From an uncultured beta proteobacterium (lineage in GTDB: Bacteria; Pseudomonadota; Gammaproteobacteria; Burkholderiales; Nitrosomonadaceae), in contig CAWKMH010000033.1 in assembly GCA_963850515.1 (NCBI GenBank), forward strand, positions 3,665 to 67,664: a stretch of 64,000 bases of DNA, read 5' to 3'. The stretch's first letter is position 1. Every line of letters begins with the position of its first letter. Of this stretch, positions 45,717-56,589 are shown piece by piece. The notes beneath the pieces are model-generated. The model had not been told where the DNA came from, did no database searches, and worked only from the letters and a program-made list of their open reading frames with translations. The translations under genes and the position numbers were made by a program.

Positions 45717-46838
45717 TCATTCCAACATATTACATCGATCGGCAAAAGCCTTGAAAAGTATAGGGTCGCTTGAAATAGCGGCAATTTCATGGTTGAGCCA
45801 GAATGATGGTTTTGTCCAATTGAAACTACCAAAAAAGGACCATACCTTCTCATGCTCTTCTACCAGCACGAACTTGAGGTGCATCGGAAGATGCTCGGGA
45901 TTTTTGATTCGCTTGAACTGGATCCTGGCGGCCGAAAGCCGTTGTTCTACCTTTGCAGTGACGCGCCTGAAGGTTGAATCTGCAAATATCTCCAGTGCCG
46001 CACCTCGATTGGCGAGCTCAATCATAACATCGGCGGCGCTCTCTGTTCTGATGTGCGATGCGACTATGCGGACACGCGCATTGCAGCCAACCTGGCTCAA
46101 GAACTCCACCACCGGATGCGTGCGCATCCGGGGCCAGAAGTAAATAGTTGTGTCAACGCTGCTGATCGCCAGATTTGCATTGGCAGAGAACCGGTAAAGT
46201 AACCCTGGCGGTACCCGATTCAGCTGTCGAGCATGTTTTACCAATCCCTCAACAAGATGTGGGTCGACGAGTCCGACAAGCACATTGTGTCCCCGGTCCT
46301 GGTCACCTATTTTCCGGATGATCTCCGGCTTTTCCTCTGGCATGTTTCCTGATGGATTGAAAGAGCCGATAAACGCTATGGGCTTCGGGTGCGAAAAGCA
46401 GTAGAGTTTTTCGTGTAATTGCGGTTTCCACGATTTCCCTGGCGGTGCGGGTACACCAGGGAGGGTAACAACGCGAAGTCCTTCGGCCAGTCCATCAGGT
46501 GCGGAAAGCCTTGCTATTACGGCGTCATTGGCATCGGGAACCCGCGGTTTGCCTGCTAGCGTCACGGTAACCTTGACTCCGCGTTTATAAGCTTGAATGA
46601 TCGCTTCCGCAAGCCGCAGGTCACGAAAATAATAGGTAACCCAGTCGATGGATCCGCCGGACGGAACCGCGGCAATATGCTCTTCCAATATATCGCGCAG
46701 GTAACCTGGAGGCTGGTCAGGGCCGCCAAAATATATCTCGAAAGAAGGCCTTTTCTCCACAGTTAATCCCGAGCAGGATCTGGTTATTGCTGTCGAGGCG
46801 AAATAATTGAATGGCTCTGCCAATTTATTGATCCGCAT
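45717..46838 (-). CDS. Phospholipase D-fold protein with two non-canonical HxK motifs
   Basis: LHEKLYCF...IGSFN and MHLKFVLVE...FGSFNW. Confidence 0.78.
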   Translation of the reverse strand: MRINKLAEPFNYFASTAITRSCSGLTVEKRPSFEIYFGGPDQPPGYLRDILEEHIAAVPSGGSIDWVTYYFRDLRLAEAIIQAYKRGVKVTVTLAGKPRVPDANDAVIARLSAPDGLAEGLRVVTLPGVPAPPGKSWKPQLHEKLYCFSHPKPIAFIGSFNPSGNMPEEKPEIIRKIGDQDRGHNVLVGLVDPHLVEGLVKHARQLNRVPPGLLYRFSANANLAISSVDTTIYFWPRMRTHPVVEFLSQVGCNARVRIVASHIRTESAADVMIELANRGAALEIFADSTFRRVTAKVEQRLSAARIQFKRIKNPEHLPMHLKFVLVEEHEKVWSFFGSFNWTKPSFWLNHEIAAISSDPILFKAFADRCNMLE

Positions 46839-46859
46839 GGCTTGATGATTTATTTAATG

Positions 46860-48155
46860 CTAAAGACTCGATTGAGCATTTGCTCCGGGTCTTCCCTTCA
46901 CCTGCGCTTCAAGCAAAGCCACATAACGGGATAATACATCCGGCCCTCCGGCGTGAAGCATCTCATTGATGAATCGCAGCCGATGTTCCTCCACATAGAA
47001 GGAATCGCAACCGCCGGTAAGAAACTCGTCAATTCTTTTATACACATCATCCCGGCATTTCAGTTCCGTCTCGGGCATAAAACAGGCTAGCGCAGAACGT
47101 CCGGCATGCAGGTAATCGGCGGCTAGCACCGGTTTTTTCGCCTTGACTGCTTCAAAAACTACCGAAGTGGCAAGGTCGATAATAACATCCGCCCAATTCA
47201 TCAAATGAATGGAATGGGTGTCATCGCTTGCCACGCTTACATTCGGCAGGCGATGCAGGGACGAATCTTTTGTCAGGGGTTGTCGCCGGCCGCCGCGCGT
47301 ATGTGGCTTGATCACCAATTCTACTTCGGGAAAAGCGGCGATCATCCCGATCACCTCGCTGACTTCTTCCCAGAACGTCGTAAAATTGCTCTTCCTCAAG
47401 AACATCACGACTTTAAGCCGGTTACCGGAGCGGGCCGTCAGCAAAGATGGAGAGATTTTTGTCAATTTCTCCAACCATTCGTCACAGTAGCGTGGGGAAC
47501 CCAGCACAGCAATCGCCTGGTCATCCAGGAACGGACGGAAGCGCTTTGCGCACAATTCATTGGGTACCACAAGCTTATCAAATATCCTTGCCGCAGAAAA
47601 CAGGCTATCCGGCTCGAGGCTCCACTCATGGTGTCGTATCAGTTGACTGGCATGAGGACTATCTCCATGCGGCAGCGATGCTGTACCAAAACCCATGGTT
47701 CGTGCCGTAGACACAACCGTCTCGACCCACTCCACGGAAATAGGCGAATCTCTGGTGATCCAGTCAAATACGATCACACCCTCATCAATACCATTGAAAC
47801 TCCGCTGCAATAAGCGGTTAGTGGTGCTCCGCCAGATCAGCTCGCGCCGTTTGGCACCGTACATCCGGGCCAATGCGCCGATAAGAGGGCCTATAAACAG
47901 GCGCCTCAAACTGCTGACCAGGAGGAGCATCTGCATCTGCCATCTCAAGAATTCGAGAGGTGGCAACAGATTACGAATATGGGCAATTCGCACACCATCG
48001 AGCTTGCTCAGAAATTCAATACGGTAGTCACTGAGAAATTTTGGACTGCCGACCAGGACGATATCGCAGATATGGCCCGCCTCGATCCATTTCGAGATGA
48101 CCGGAGTGATGTGATCTATGTCATTGTAATGGCGTAGAAAAAAAAGCGCTTTCAT
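46860..48155 (-). CDS. Uncharacterised GT-B-like protein, paralogue A
   Basis: Intact ORF starting MKALFFLRHYNDIDH; SLPHG, VLGSPRY, IKPHTR and TSVVFEA..KKPVL. Confidence 0.75.
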   Translation of the reverse strand: MKALFFLRHYNDIDHITPVISKWIEAGHICDIVLVGSPKFLSDYRIEFLSKLDGVRIAHIRNLLPPLEFLRWQMQMLLLVSSLRRLFIGPLIGALARMYGAKRRELIWRSTTNRLLQRSFNGIDEGVIVFDWITRDSPISVEWVETVVSTARTMGFGTASLPHGDSPHASQLIRHHEWSLEPDSLFSAARIFDKLVVPNELCAKRFRPFLDDQAIAVLGSPRYCDEWLEKLTKISPSLLTARSGNRLKVVMFLRKSNFTTFWEEVSEVIGMIAAFPEVELVIKPHTRGGRRQPLTKDSSLHRLPNVSVASDDTHSIHLMNWADVIIDLATSVVFEAVKAKKPVLAADYLHAGRSALACFMPETELKCRDDVYKRIDEFLTGGCDSFYVEEHRLRFINEMLHAGGPDVLSRYVALLEAQVKGRPGANAQSSL

Positions 48156-48620
48156 ATGAGCCATCGCACAACGTTTGCGCCAGACAGAATTATTTTCGAC
48201 CTGACAGTTAAAAAACGGATCAAATGGGTCCATTGCTGGCAAATTTGAGAATATAAGGACTATATTTCATTCGAGATGATTATCACGAAGCACATAGGAT
48301 TATTGCAGCGACGCAAGGTATTCCTAAGAGGAGTACGCCGCAATTTCATCCCATCGCAATATATGCATAATTTGAGCTTATAATAAAACTGATTTTCACG
48401 GTGGCTCAAGCCTGTTCAAGGTCAGCCGAGCGTTCAAAAATAGCGCTTCATATCTAAATGTACCTGCAACAGGGCCCTTGACTGGGGTGGAATTCTGAGT
48501 CGGCTGACCATGAAATATCAACTTATTTGACGTGTTCGGGAAGATCATAGGGTACGAAATAGCTTGGAGATTATAGGTCGAGTGTCCGATGTATGAGCAA
48601 TCAATCATGCTTCCAGCCTG

Positions 48621-49825
48621 ATGAAAGACGCTCAGGTGTGGCACAACACGCTGGTAAAGTTTGTGCTGTTCTTTTTCGGCATAGCCCTATGGAGCAAATG
48701 GCTGAGCTTGAATGTAGGTATTCTCGTAACCTTGCTCTGGATTCTGGATAACGGCCTTCGCAGGTTCGGACAGGTAATCAAAGAACCTTTCGTATTGGCA
48801 ATACTCATCTTTTGCGCTGTGTTGGCGCTGGGAATTCTTTGGGGCGACTTTCCCGAATCTGGACGTTTGAAATGGAGAAGATATTTCGGATTTCTGGTCT
48901 TTGTGCCATTTTTATCGCTTTTGAATAAAGATCGTTTGCCTTGGGCGATTAGTGGTCTGCTTGCAGGTTATTTTGGTGTTTTACTTATCGGGATTTACCA
49001 GTGGGCTATTGTCGGGGTGCAAGGCATTCCGCCCCTTGATATAAGCTATCTAACCTTCTCATCGATGCTTGGGATAGGAATTATACTATCACTTTATATT
49101 GCCAGCGTGAAGCACCGGTAAAAAAATAAAATCAGCGTTATGGCTTCTTGCGACATTTCTATTTTTTATTCAGTTAAACCAGAATGGACGCGGACCTCTT
49201 CTGGCCACATTGCTTGCATCTGTATTTTTAATTTATCTTCGCTATAAAACAGAAAAAAAAATACTTCTGAGTATTGTCGCATCGTTCGACTATTATGGTC
49301 GTGTTTTTCGCATACAATAATGGCAACCTGCATGAAAGGCTGATTCAGGCTCAGGCCGATATCGAGCTGTCCAAGCAAGGAAAATATGATACCAGCCTGG
49401 GATATCGCCTCGCCGTTTGGGATGTGGGACTGCATGGTATCGCTCAAAAGCCCTTGTTTGGCCATGGCACAGGCGTACCAGAAAGCTATTTCGAAAAAAC
49501 GGTGGTCACATACAAAGATGGTCGGTACAAGGATTTGCCAAAATTCCTTGAAACCTCTAATTACCACAACGACTGGATTGAAATTGGGATGCATGTTGGC
49601 GCGCTTGGCATTCTTGCATTTGCATTTCTCCTGTGGAGCTGGTATCAGACCCTGAAGGTTTATCAGGCCCCCATTCTGGGAGCGGCTTTGGTATGCTTTA
49701 TTTTTATATCAGGGTTGACGGATGCCTTTGTTCTTTATGGAAAAATTCCCACTTTGCTTCTGGTCATAACTGCTGTTGCAATTGGCTTGCAGAAAGAAAA
49801 TCATGGTCTCAAGGTGAATCAATAA
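48621..49825 (+). CDS. O-antigen ligase (WaaL/Wzy_C) family membrane protein (frameshifted)
   Basis: Multiple TM segments, SLGYRLAVW, KPLFGHGTG and YHNDWIE...GALG. Confidence 0.8.
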
Positions 49826-49844
49826 ATTCACTTTCTGCTGAAGA

Positions 49845-52437
49845 TTAGGGATTTTTACCCAAATACCCCTGCGCAATGCGGTAATGCACCTGCCGCAGCG
49901 GCTTGCCTTCGCGCATGACTACTCGCTCCTGTACCGGACCGGGTTGCAGGAGCATCCGGTCAATGTCATGTATTTTCGTGGTATGCTCGAGATCGTGGCG
50001 CCATATGCCCACCATGATGATGGGCCGGGTCGTGGGTGATTCCGATGGATACCAGAAATCGTACATGGCACCGCTATCGCCAAACATATTGCGCGAGCGT
50101 ATCTCCATAGGCTCATCGCCGCGATTGTAAAAAGACAAGGGCGCAGCCACCGACCATTTGCTCATGCCTATCACAATGGGCTCTTGCCCAGTCCGTTGTC
50201 GAACCTCCGCTACAATCTGCTCGACCTCACTTGTGGCCTCGCGCCAGAAATAACGTTCGGACAAAAACTTGTAGGGAATTCCAGGGATGCCGAGCACCAC
50301 ATAGTGCAGTACGAATCCATAGAGAAACAGGCAAATCATGATGGTCGGCTTCCAGGCTGCTCTCACACGGCGTGCGGTGGCGCTGAGATCGCCCGCTTGG
50401 CCCATCATCCACGCCATCGTTGGCAGCACCGCGAGCCATAATGGACCGGCCCAGTGAAACCGTTGTGAATCGAAAATACTGAGAATCAAGAACACTGACA
50501 GTGGCACGCCGGTGAATACTCCCACGAATAGGCGGCGCCTGCGTGCATAGGTGCTTAAGTCACGTTCGGTCCTCGGCCACAACGCCATGGCTGCGGCAAG
50601 CAAGCCCACCGGCGTCAACAGGACCATAAGATGCAGAAATAATTCGTGCACCGAGAATTGATTATCGCCCACCCCCTTGACCCGGCTTGACTGAAAGCGT
50701 AATCGACGCCCAGTCGTGCTGGAAATTCCAGATGATTACGGGCGAAAACAACAGTAGTGCAAGCGCGGCGGCCAGATATGCATGCGGACGGCGCAGCCAG
50801 CGGCGCGAAGCGGGATCCAGGATCACAAACAGCAGCGCCGCCGGACCCAGCAGCCCCAGCGTATATTTCGACAGGATACCCAGGCCGAATGCAATGCCCA
50901 TGCCCAGCCAAGCCCAGTTGCGATCGGCCAGCAATGCCCGTTCCATGTAGTAGAGCGTGGCAGCCCAGGCGGCCACCAGCGGCGCATCCGCTGTCGCCAC
51001 CATGCCAGTGGCAAAGTAAAACGGCAACACCGCCAGCAGCAGCACCGCGCGCATCGCGGTCGACTTATCGTACAGATTGCGCGCCAGCGCATACAAGTAA
51101 GCCATCGTTATCAGGCCACAGCAGAACGAGCCGATCCGAACCCCGAACTCGCTGTTGCCAAAGATCGCGGTACCAAGCCAGATCAGCCATGCCACCATGG
51201 GCGGGTGATCATAAAAGCTCAGGTCCATGTGCTGGGCATAGGTCCAGTAGTAAGCTTCGTCGGGAATCAGTTCGGCTGTGCCCAGGTAGATCAGGCGCAG
51301 CAGGACGGCAAAGGCGACGATGCCGACTGAGGCGACCCGCCAGCGCACGTCCGGCGAGGGCGGGTTCACGGTAACGGGAAACACGTAGAATGCGGCGCCG
51401 AAGTAGTTGATGGCGGCCGTTGCGGCAATGGCCGGGAAGATGGCCAGAAACGAGGGCATGTGCCAGCCATCGATCAGCAGGGCCAGTACGCCGCCGCGCA
51501 TGCAGTAACGCGAATATGCCGACAGTTAAGAAGCGGCCAACTGATCCCGTCGCAGGTCGCCTGCAAGATTTTGGAATGACCTTCTGGAATTGAGCGAATA
51601 ATTTATTACCGCCGCGGCGAAGAAACTCGTGATGTGCGCCAGAGCGAGTCCGAAGCCGCGGCTCATGAGGAATTGAAACAGCAGCGCGTCAATGGCGAGG
51701 CCAAACAACCCGACCGCGGCAAAGCGGCCGGCGGTACCGACGGAGACGGTGCCGCCGGCTAAGGTCATGAGGCGTTGCAGGTAGGTCCACTGCGGGCGGA
51801 ATGATAATTTGGAGGTGCCATGGGGGCGATGGCGAAAGCAGACGGGCACTTCCACGACCCTGGGTTTGCCTTGGCCGGCCATGAGCAGTTCGAGCAGGAT
51901 TTCATGGCCGTGTGCGGGTTCGGCAATGGTGGCGGCCAGTTCCCGCCGGAAGGCGAAAAATCCCGAGGTGGCGTCGTTTACGTCGCAAAGGGGGCGGGCA
52001 AGCCCGTTGGCGAGGCGCGAGAGCCAGCGGCGCGGCAGGGGCTCTCCTTCGGTGCCGCCGCCGGGTACGTAGCGGCTGCCGATGGCGATGTCGCAGCTTC
52101 CGTCCAGCACGGGGGCAACCAGGGCAGGCAATCGTTCAGGCGGATGGCTCAGGTCTGCATCCATCACGACGATGACCTCCCCGTGCGCCGCGGCCGCGCC
52201 GGCCAGGACGGACCGGGTGAGATCGGGCTTGTCCGGGCGTTCGATCAGCCGTACATTTGCCCGCTTTTCCCAGGCGCGCACTTTGGCGCGTGTACCATCG
52301 CTTGAGCTGTCGTCTACAAAGATAATCTCGAAACTTTCTGGCGACAGGCCAAGCTCGCACAGGCGCCTCAGCAGGGGGTCGATGTTGTCGGCCTCGTTCA
52401 GCGTGGGGATTACTATGGAAACTTGCGTCAAGGGCAT
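49845..52437 (-). CDS. GT2 (DPM1-like) - GtrA - GT39/ArnT-like fusion glycosyltransferase (frameshifted)
   Basis: IPTLNE, VDDSSSDGT and MDADLSHPP; then RFAAVG...NYSLN (GtrA); then PDEAYYW, YDHPPMVAW and LSKY. Confidence 0.8.
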
Positions 52438-52732
52438 CTCTAGAAATTGATTAGCAAATTGGTCTTATCCGCAATCCGATTGCGCTGGCATTCGACAAAA
52501 ATATGACGCGCTTCAATCGAGGCATTTACTGCGCTGCGTCTTTTGGGAGTCGAACCAGACAAGAGCTTTCTCTCCCGACTTGTGAGCCTGCGGATTTTAC
52601 TCCAGGCCCATCAGTCAGGGTGATGTGAATTAATGACGAGTAAGCTTTGGAACCGCTCTACTTTTTACCTGAACGGCGTGACGTCCGCTTCGCAGCACTT
52701 TTTTGAAATTAAAAGTCTGGGAGTGATACAAG

Positions 52733-53005
52733 ATGGAGCAAATACAAGAACAAGATGAAAGAGGCAGTGACGGGATGAAAGAGGCGGCGCGCGGGGTCGA
52801 CCATTTGGCAATAGCTGGCGAACCCAAGAAAGCATTCAAGAAAGCAGGCGGCTTTTCCATTAAACCGGGCCCGCTCCATTTTGTGCGGAACGGGGCGCGT
52901 TACGTCAACAGACCGGTAGGTATCGCGACCATCGTAGAAACCCCAAAGAGGCGACCTGTCATGCGCTACTTGGCAATTTGCCATCCGATTTCACCGGCCC
53001 GATGA
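52733..53005 (+). CDS. Small hypothetical protein
   Basis: 90-aa ORF with GGGAG RBS-like sequence upstream; no recognisable motif. Confidence 0.3.
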   Translation: MEQIQEQDERGSDGMKEAARGVDHLAIAGEPKKAFKKAGGFSIKPGPLHFVRNGARYVNRPVGIATIVETPKRRPVMRYLAICHPISPAR

Positions 53006-53058
53006 GCGTTAGATTGTCAATGAATGCCTTAAGAGCTGTTCAGGTTCCTTGATATGAT

Positions 53059-53769
53059 CTATTTTACAAGGCCGGTCTGGTGATCAGCGTAATAATGCCG
53101 GACGGGGCTCAGCTTATCGTCAAGTTCGTATACCAGCGGCCGGCCTGTGGCTATGGATAGCTTTATTAGCTGGACAATGGACAAATCGTCCAGTTGCATC
53201 ACCAGTGCACGCAAAATATGCTTGTGGGCTACGATGAGAACCCGCTTTCCCTGTCGAATTTCCGGCAGGATTACCTCCTCCCAGTAGGGCAGCACCCGCA
53301 AGAGGGCTTGCTGCATACTCTCAGTAAGGGGCAATTCCTGCTTATCGATATTCGAGTAGCGCAGCTGATTTCCCGGGAATCGCGCGTCACAGGGGTCGAG
53401 CGGCGGCGGCCGTGCATCAAATCGCAACTGGGAGCCAAGGATGGGCCAGACGCCGAATTTCCTGATTGCCTTCAGGGGATCGATCCCTTCCAGGGCACCA
53501 TAGTGGCGTTCGTTCAAACGCCAACTCCGCCGTACGGCCGATTCATCGACTCCCATCGCTTTTAATACGATACGCAGCGTTTCAGTAGCCCGTTGGAGTT
53601 CCGAGGTAAAGCATACATCGAACTTATATCCCGTCTCCCTGAGCAGGCGGCCAGCTTGCTCGGCCTCCTGCTCACCTCGTGGTGTCAGGGCAACATCATT
53701 CCAGCCGGTAAAACATCCATCCCGGTTCGAGATACTTTCCCCGTGGCGCAATAGGACGAGTTGTGTCAT
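53059..53769 (-). CDS. gpmA: 2,3-BPG-dependent phosphoglycerate mutase family protein (divergent)
   Basis: [21 protein letters not shown] and LIVAH. Confidence 0.82.
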   Translation of the reverse strand: MTQLVLLRHGESISNRDGCFTGWNDVALTPRGEQEAEQAGRLLRETGYKFDVCFTSELQRATETLRIVLKAMGVDESAVRRSWRLNERHYGALEGIDPLKAIRKFGVWPILGSQLRFDARPPPLDPCDARFPGNQLRYSNIDKQELPLTESMQQALLRVLPYWEEVILPEIRQGKRVLIVAHKHILRALVMQLDDLSIVQLIKLSIATGRPLVYELDDKLSPVRHYYADHQTGLVK

Positions 53770-54020
53770 GTGCTGACTTACCTGCCTAAGCGAGATAAGT
53801 GGTAATTGACGCTCGGGCTTTGAGTATCAAAAGGGCACATGCTCTCTATTTTTTCGTTCTTGGACGTCCGGTATGAAGCCGTCGCTGAGTATATACAATC
53901 TCAATATAGACAACCATAGATAAAACGCGGTCAAAAAGCCAATCCCAGATGAAATATTGATAAAAAAAATCGAACCGTCGAGTCAAAGGTCCGGACGTTC
54001 TGCCTGCTCGCCAGCCGGAT

Positions 54021-54080
54021 AGAATATCCGGTAGCAGATACAGAATATCCGGTAGCAGATTAGAATATCCGGTAGCAGAT
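54021..54080. repeat. Three tandem copies of the 19-bp unit AGAATATCCGGTAGCAGAT
   Basis: Exact copies at 54021, 54042 and 54062. Confidence 0.92.
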
Positions 54081-54142
54081 AACACTGATACCGGTTGGTT
54101 CAGGAGGCGTGAGTAGCTTACGGTTCAGGCAAGATGAGCGTC

Positions 54143-54170
54143 GACAGACAGAGTATGACAGACAGAGTAT
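54143..54170. repeat. Two tandem copies of GACAGACAGAGTAT
   Basis: Exact 14-bp duplication. Confidence 0.85.
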
Positions 54171-54263
54171 CTTCGCAGGAAGGCGATACTGAAAGAATGG
54201 TGTGTGACAGGTTTTCAGAATGGCCGGTAACCTGGACAAAGCGATGAAAGCCGGAGCCGCGTA

Positions 54264-54740
54264 TTACTTTATGCCCCAGTAGGAAGCGATATGATCGATG
54301 ATAAGACGGTTGGTTTCAGCATCGATCTCATAAGTCCGCTTGAAGTCCGGAGGTCCCGGCCAGCCCGAATCCGTAAATTCCCTGGCGTTGAAATACTTTG
54401 TTTTCGCATAACGAGGGATGACATGGAAGTGCACATCCGGATCAACCATCATCAACATCAGGTAATTCAGCCGATCGTAATTGAAAGCCTTGGCCAAAGC
54501 GAACTCTAGCTGCGTTATCACCTGATGAAGCTCAGTAAAGCTTTCCTGGCCAAGTTCCGAAAGTGAGCGAGCTGGCTCATGAGCGGCCAGAATCAGGGAA
54601 CCAAGCGTTAGCTGGGCGGGACGCAACATGACGCTCCAGTATTGGTATTGATGAATTATTGTCTGTGGCGCGCCAAACTTCCGCATGGTTGCGTTAAAGG
54701 CGGGGATATCCGGCGAGACATTGGTCATCGAAGAATCCAT
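54264..54740 (-). CDS. HIT family nucleotide hydrolase
   Basis: RPAQLTLGSL and NYLMLMMVDPDVHFHVIPRY. Confidence 0.85.
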   Translation of the reverse strand: MDSSMTNVSPDIPAFNATMRKFGAPQTIIHQYQYWSVMLRPAQLTLGSLILAAHEPARSLSELGQESFTELHQVITQLEFALAKAFNYDRLNYLMLMMVDPDVHFHVIPRYAKTKYFNAREFTDSGWPGPPDFKRTYEIDAETNRLIIDHIASYWGIK

Positions 54741-55149
54741 GAGATTTGGTAGCTGATGAGTTTGTCTTGCGAGGCTGGAGCCGATATTGAGTATTACTCG
54801 CAGGATACTATGCAAAACATTTCGGCACAATCGCCTGTCTTGCGCCCGGTGCAGGGTAACGTTAAGGAGCTGTGTTATACAGGGAAAGTTAAGGAGCTGT
54901 TATCGAGGAGGCGGCGTTTTTCAATATATAGTCCGAAGGGACTATATGCGCCGCCGTAGCAAGGCGCTATTTTATTAGAGGCGCTTATTTTATTATTTTG
55001 AGGTTACCGATGGGGCGACATTTTGTAATTGAAACTTAAGAAGGCTTCTTGACAAATGCGGTAACTGATCAACAAGCTGGAAAAATAATAAAAGCGCGGA
55101 CAGATGTTCTGCTATCTTTCCTGACATGCTGCAGCGAATGCGAGGGTTC

Positions 55150-56471
55150 ATGAAAATTATTAATGGCTTCAGCATTGACAGGATTACCCGGGACTTGAGT
55201 GGCGCGATGTGGATTCTTGCGCGACTACCGGAGGATAACTCGGCGGCGACGGCCATCCACCGGTGCTTCCAGCGCGAGGTCTGGCGTGAAATCAGCTTCC
55301 GCGAGCGTCTTTTAGCGTGTGTGGCTCTGCCGTTCGTCCCATTCGTGGTTGCTGCGCTGGTAATCGTGTTTACCACGCTCAACGGGAGCGCCATAAAGAA
55401 GCGGACAGGAAAGGGAATCACTCGGCAAATGTGGGAGCAGATCGGTCTTGCGGCCCGGTTTGCGATCCTGTCTCCCTGGTACTATATCTTCGAACTGCAC
55501 GACGACGACAAGAGAAAGCATGCTGGTGAGTACCTGAATCGGCTTGAAACAAAAGCCGGGCTGTATCTTTTTTTGCGCGACTACAATGGTGGACTTTCCA
55601 TCCCCACCGAGCGGAGCACAATATGTATAAAAGACAAAGCACGTTTCATGGCCCGCTGCCGCGAGTTCGGAATCAAGACTGCGCCCATCCTCCTGAGCGT
55701 GGAGAAAGGAGAGGTCACCGCAGTCGATTGGAACGGACCGGGGCTGCCCGAGATCGATCTCTTCGTGAAACCGCTGTATGGACAAGGGGAAAAAATGCCA
55801 CGCGCTGGGATTACCTGGGCTCGGGGAAGTTCCGGCGCAACGATGGCGAAGTTGCTACTGAGGATCAAGTACTTGATGGTCTGCGGAAGGCCTCTTGGCA
55901 GAATATTTTTCTGGTGCAACCGCGGCTCGTAAATCACCATGAGATTGCCGACCTCGCCAATGGTACGCTGGCGACTGTTCGTGTGATGAGCTGTCGTAAC
56001 GAGCAAGGCGGATTCGAAGTCACCAACGCGGTTTTTCGCATGGCGCGGAATAGTGCCGTCATTGTCGACAATTTCCACGCCGGAGGAATCGCTGCCAACG
56101 TGGATATCCACACCGGTGAACTAGGAAGAGGAGCTTGCGGGGCATGGGGAGCAACTGCGGATGGCTGGTATGAGCGGCATTACGAAACGCACGCTCAGAT
56201 ACTGCAGCGCAAGCTTCCGTGCTGGCCTGAGCTGATAGAGCTGGTGCAATATGCCCACGCCAGCGCCTTTTCCGATCAGGTAGTGATTGGTTGGGACGTC
56301 GCCCTGCTCGATAGCGGTCCGTGCCTGATCGAAGCTAACAAAGCACCGGACCTGGACATTATCCAACGGATCGGTAATGGTCCCGTAGGTAACGAACGGC
56401 TTGGGAAACTTTTGGCGTTTAATTTGAGACGGACTGTTGAGACCAAGTATGCCCGCGCAGAAGTATGCTGA
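55150..56471 (+). CDS. Sugar-transfer-associated ATP-grasp protein (one frameshift)
   Basis: DKARF, FVKP, TLATVRV, VDNFHAGG and IGWDVA...LIEAN. Confidence 0.78.
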
Positions 56472-56534
56472 CATTCGCCTTAGGATGTGGCGAGGACTAC
56501 CACCGTATCGCTTTCCCGCATCGAATGACGCAGA

Positions 56535-56558
56535 GAAAACTCACGCGCGTGAGTTTTC
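56535..56558. terminator. Perfect 24-bp palindrome between convergent genes; probable terminator
   Basis: GAAAACTCACGCGCGTGAGTTTTC followed by a T run. Confidence 0.6.
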
Positions 56559-56589
56559 GTTTTTCCCAGGCGCCAACGGTCGTGCCTGG

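Noticed and set aside
54021-54080. Mini CRISPR array
   Set aside because: Repeats are separated by only 1-2 nt, with no spacers and no cas genes.
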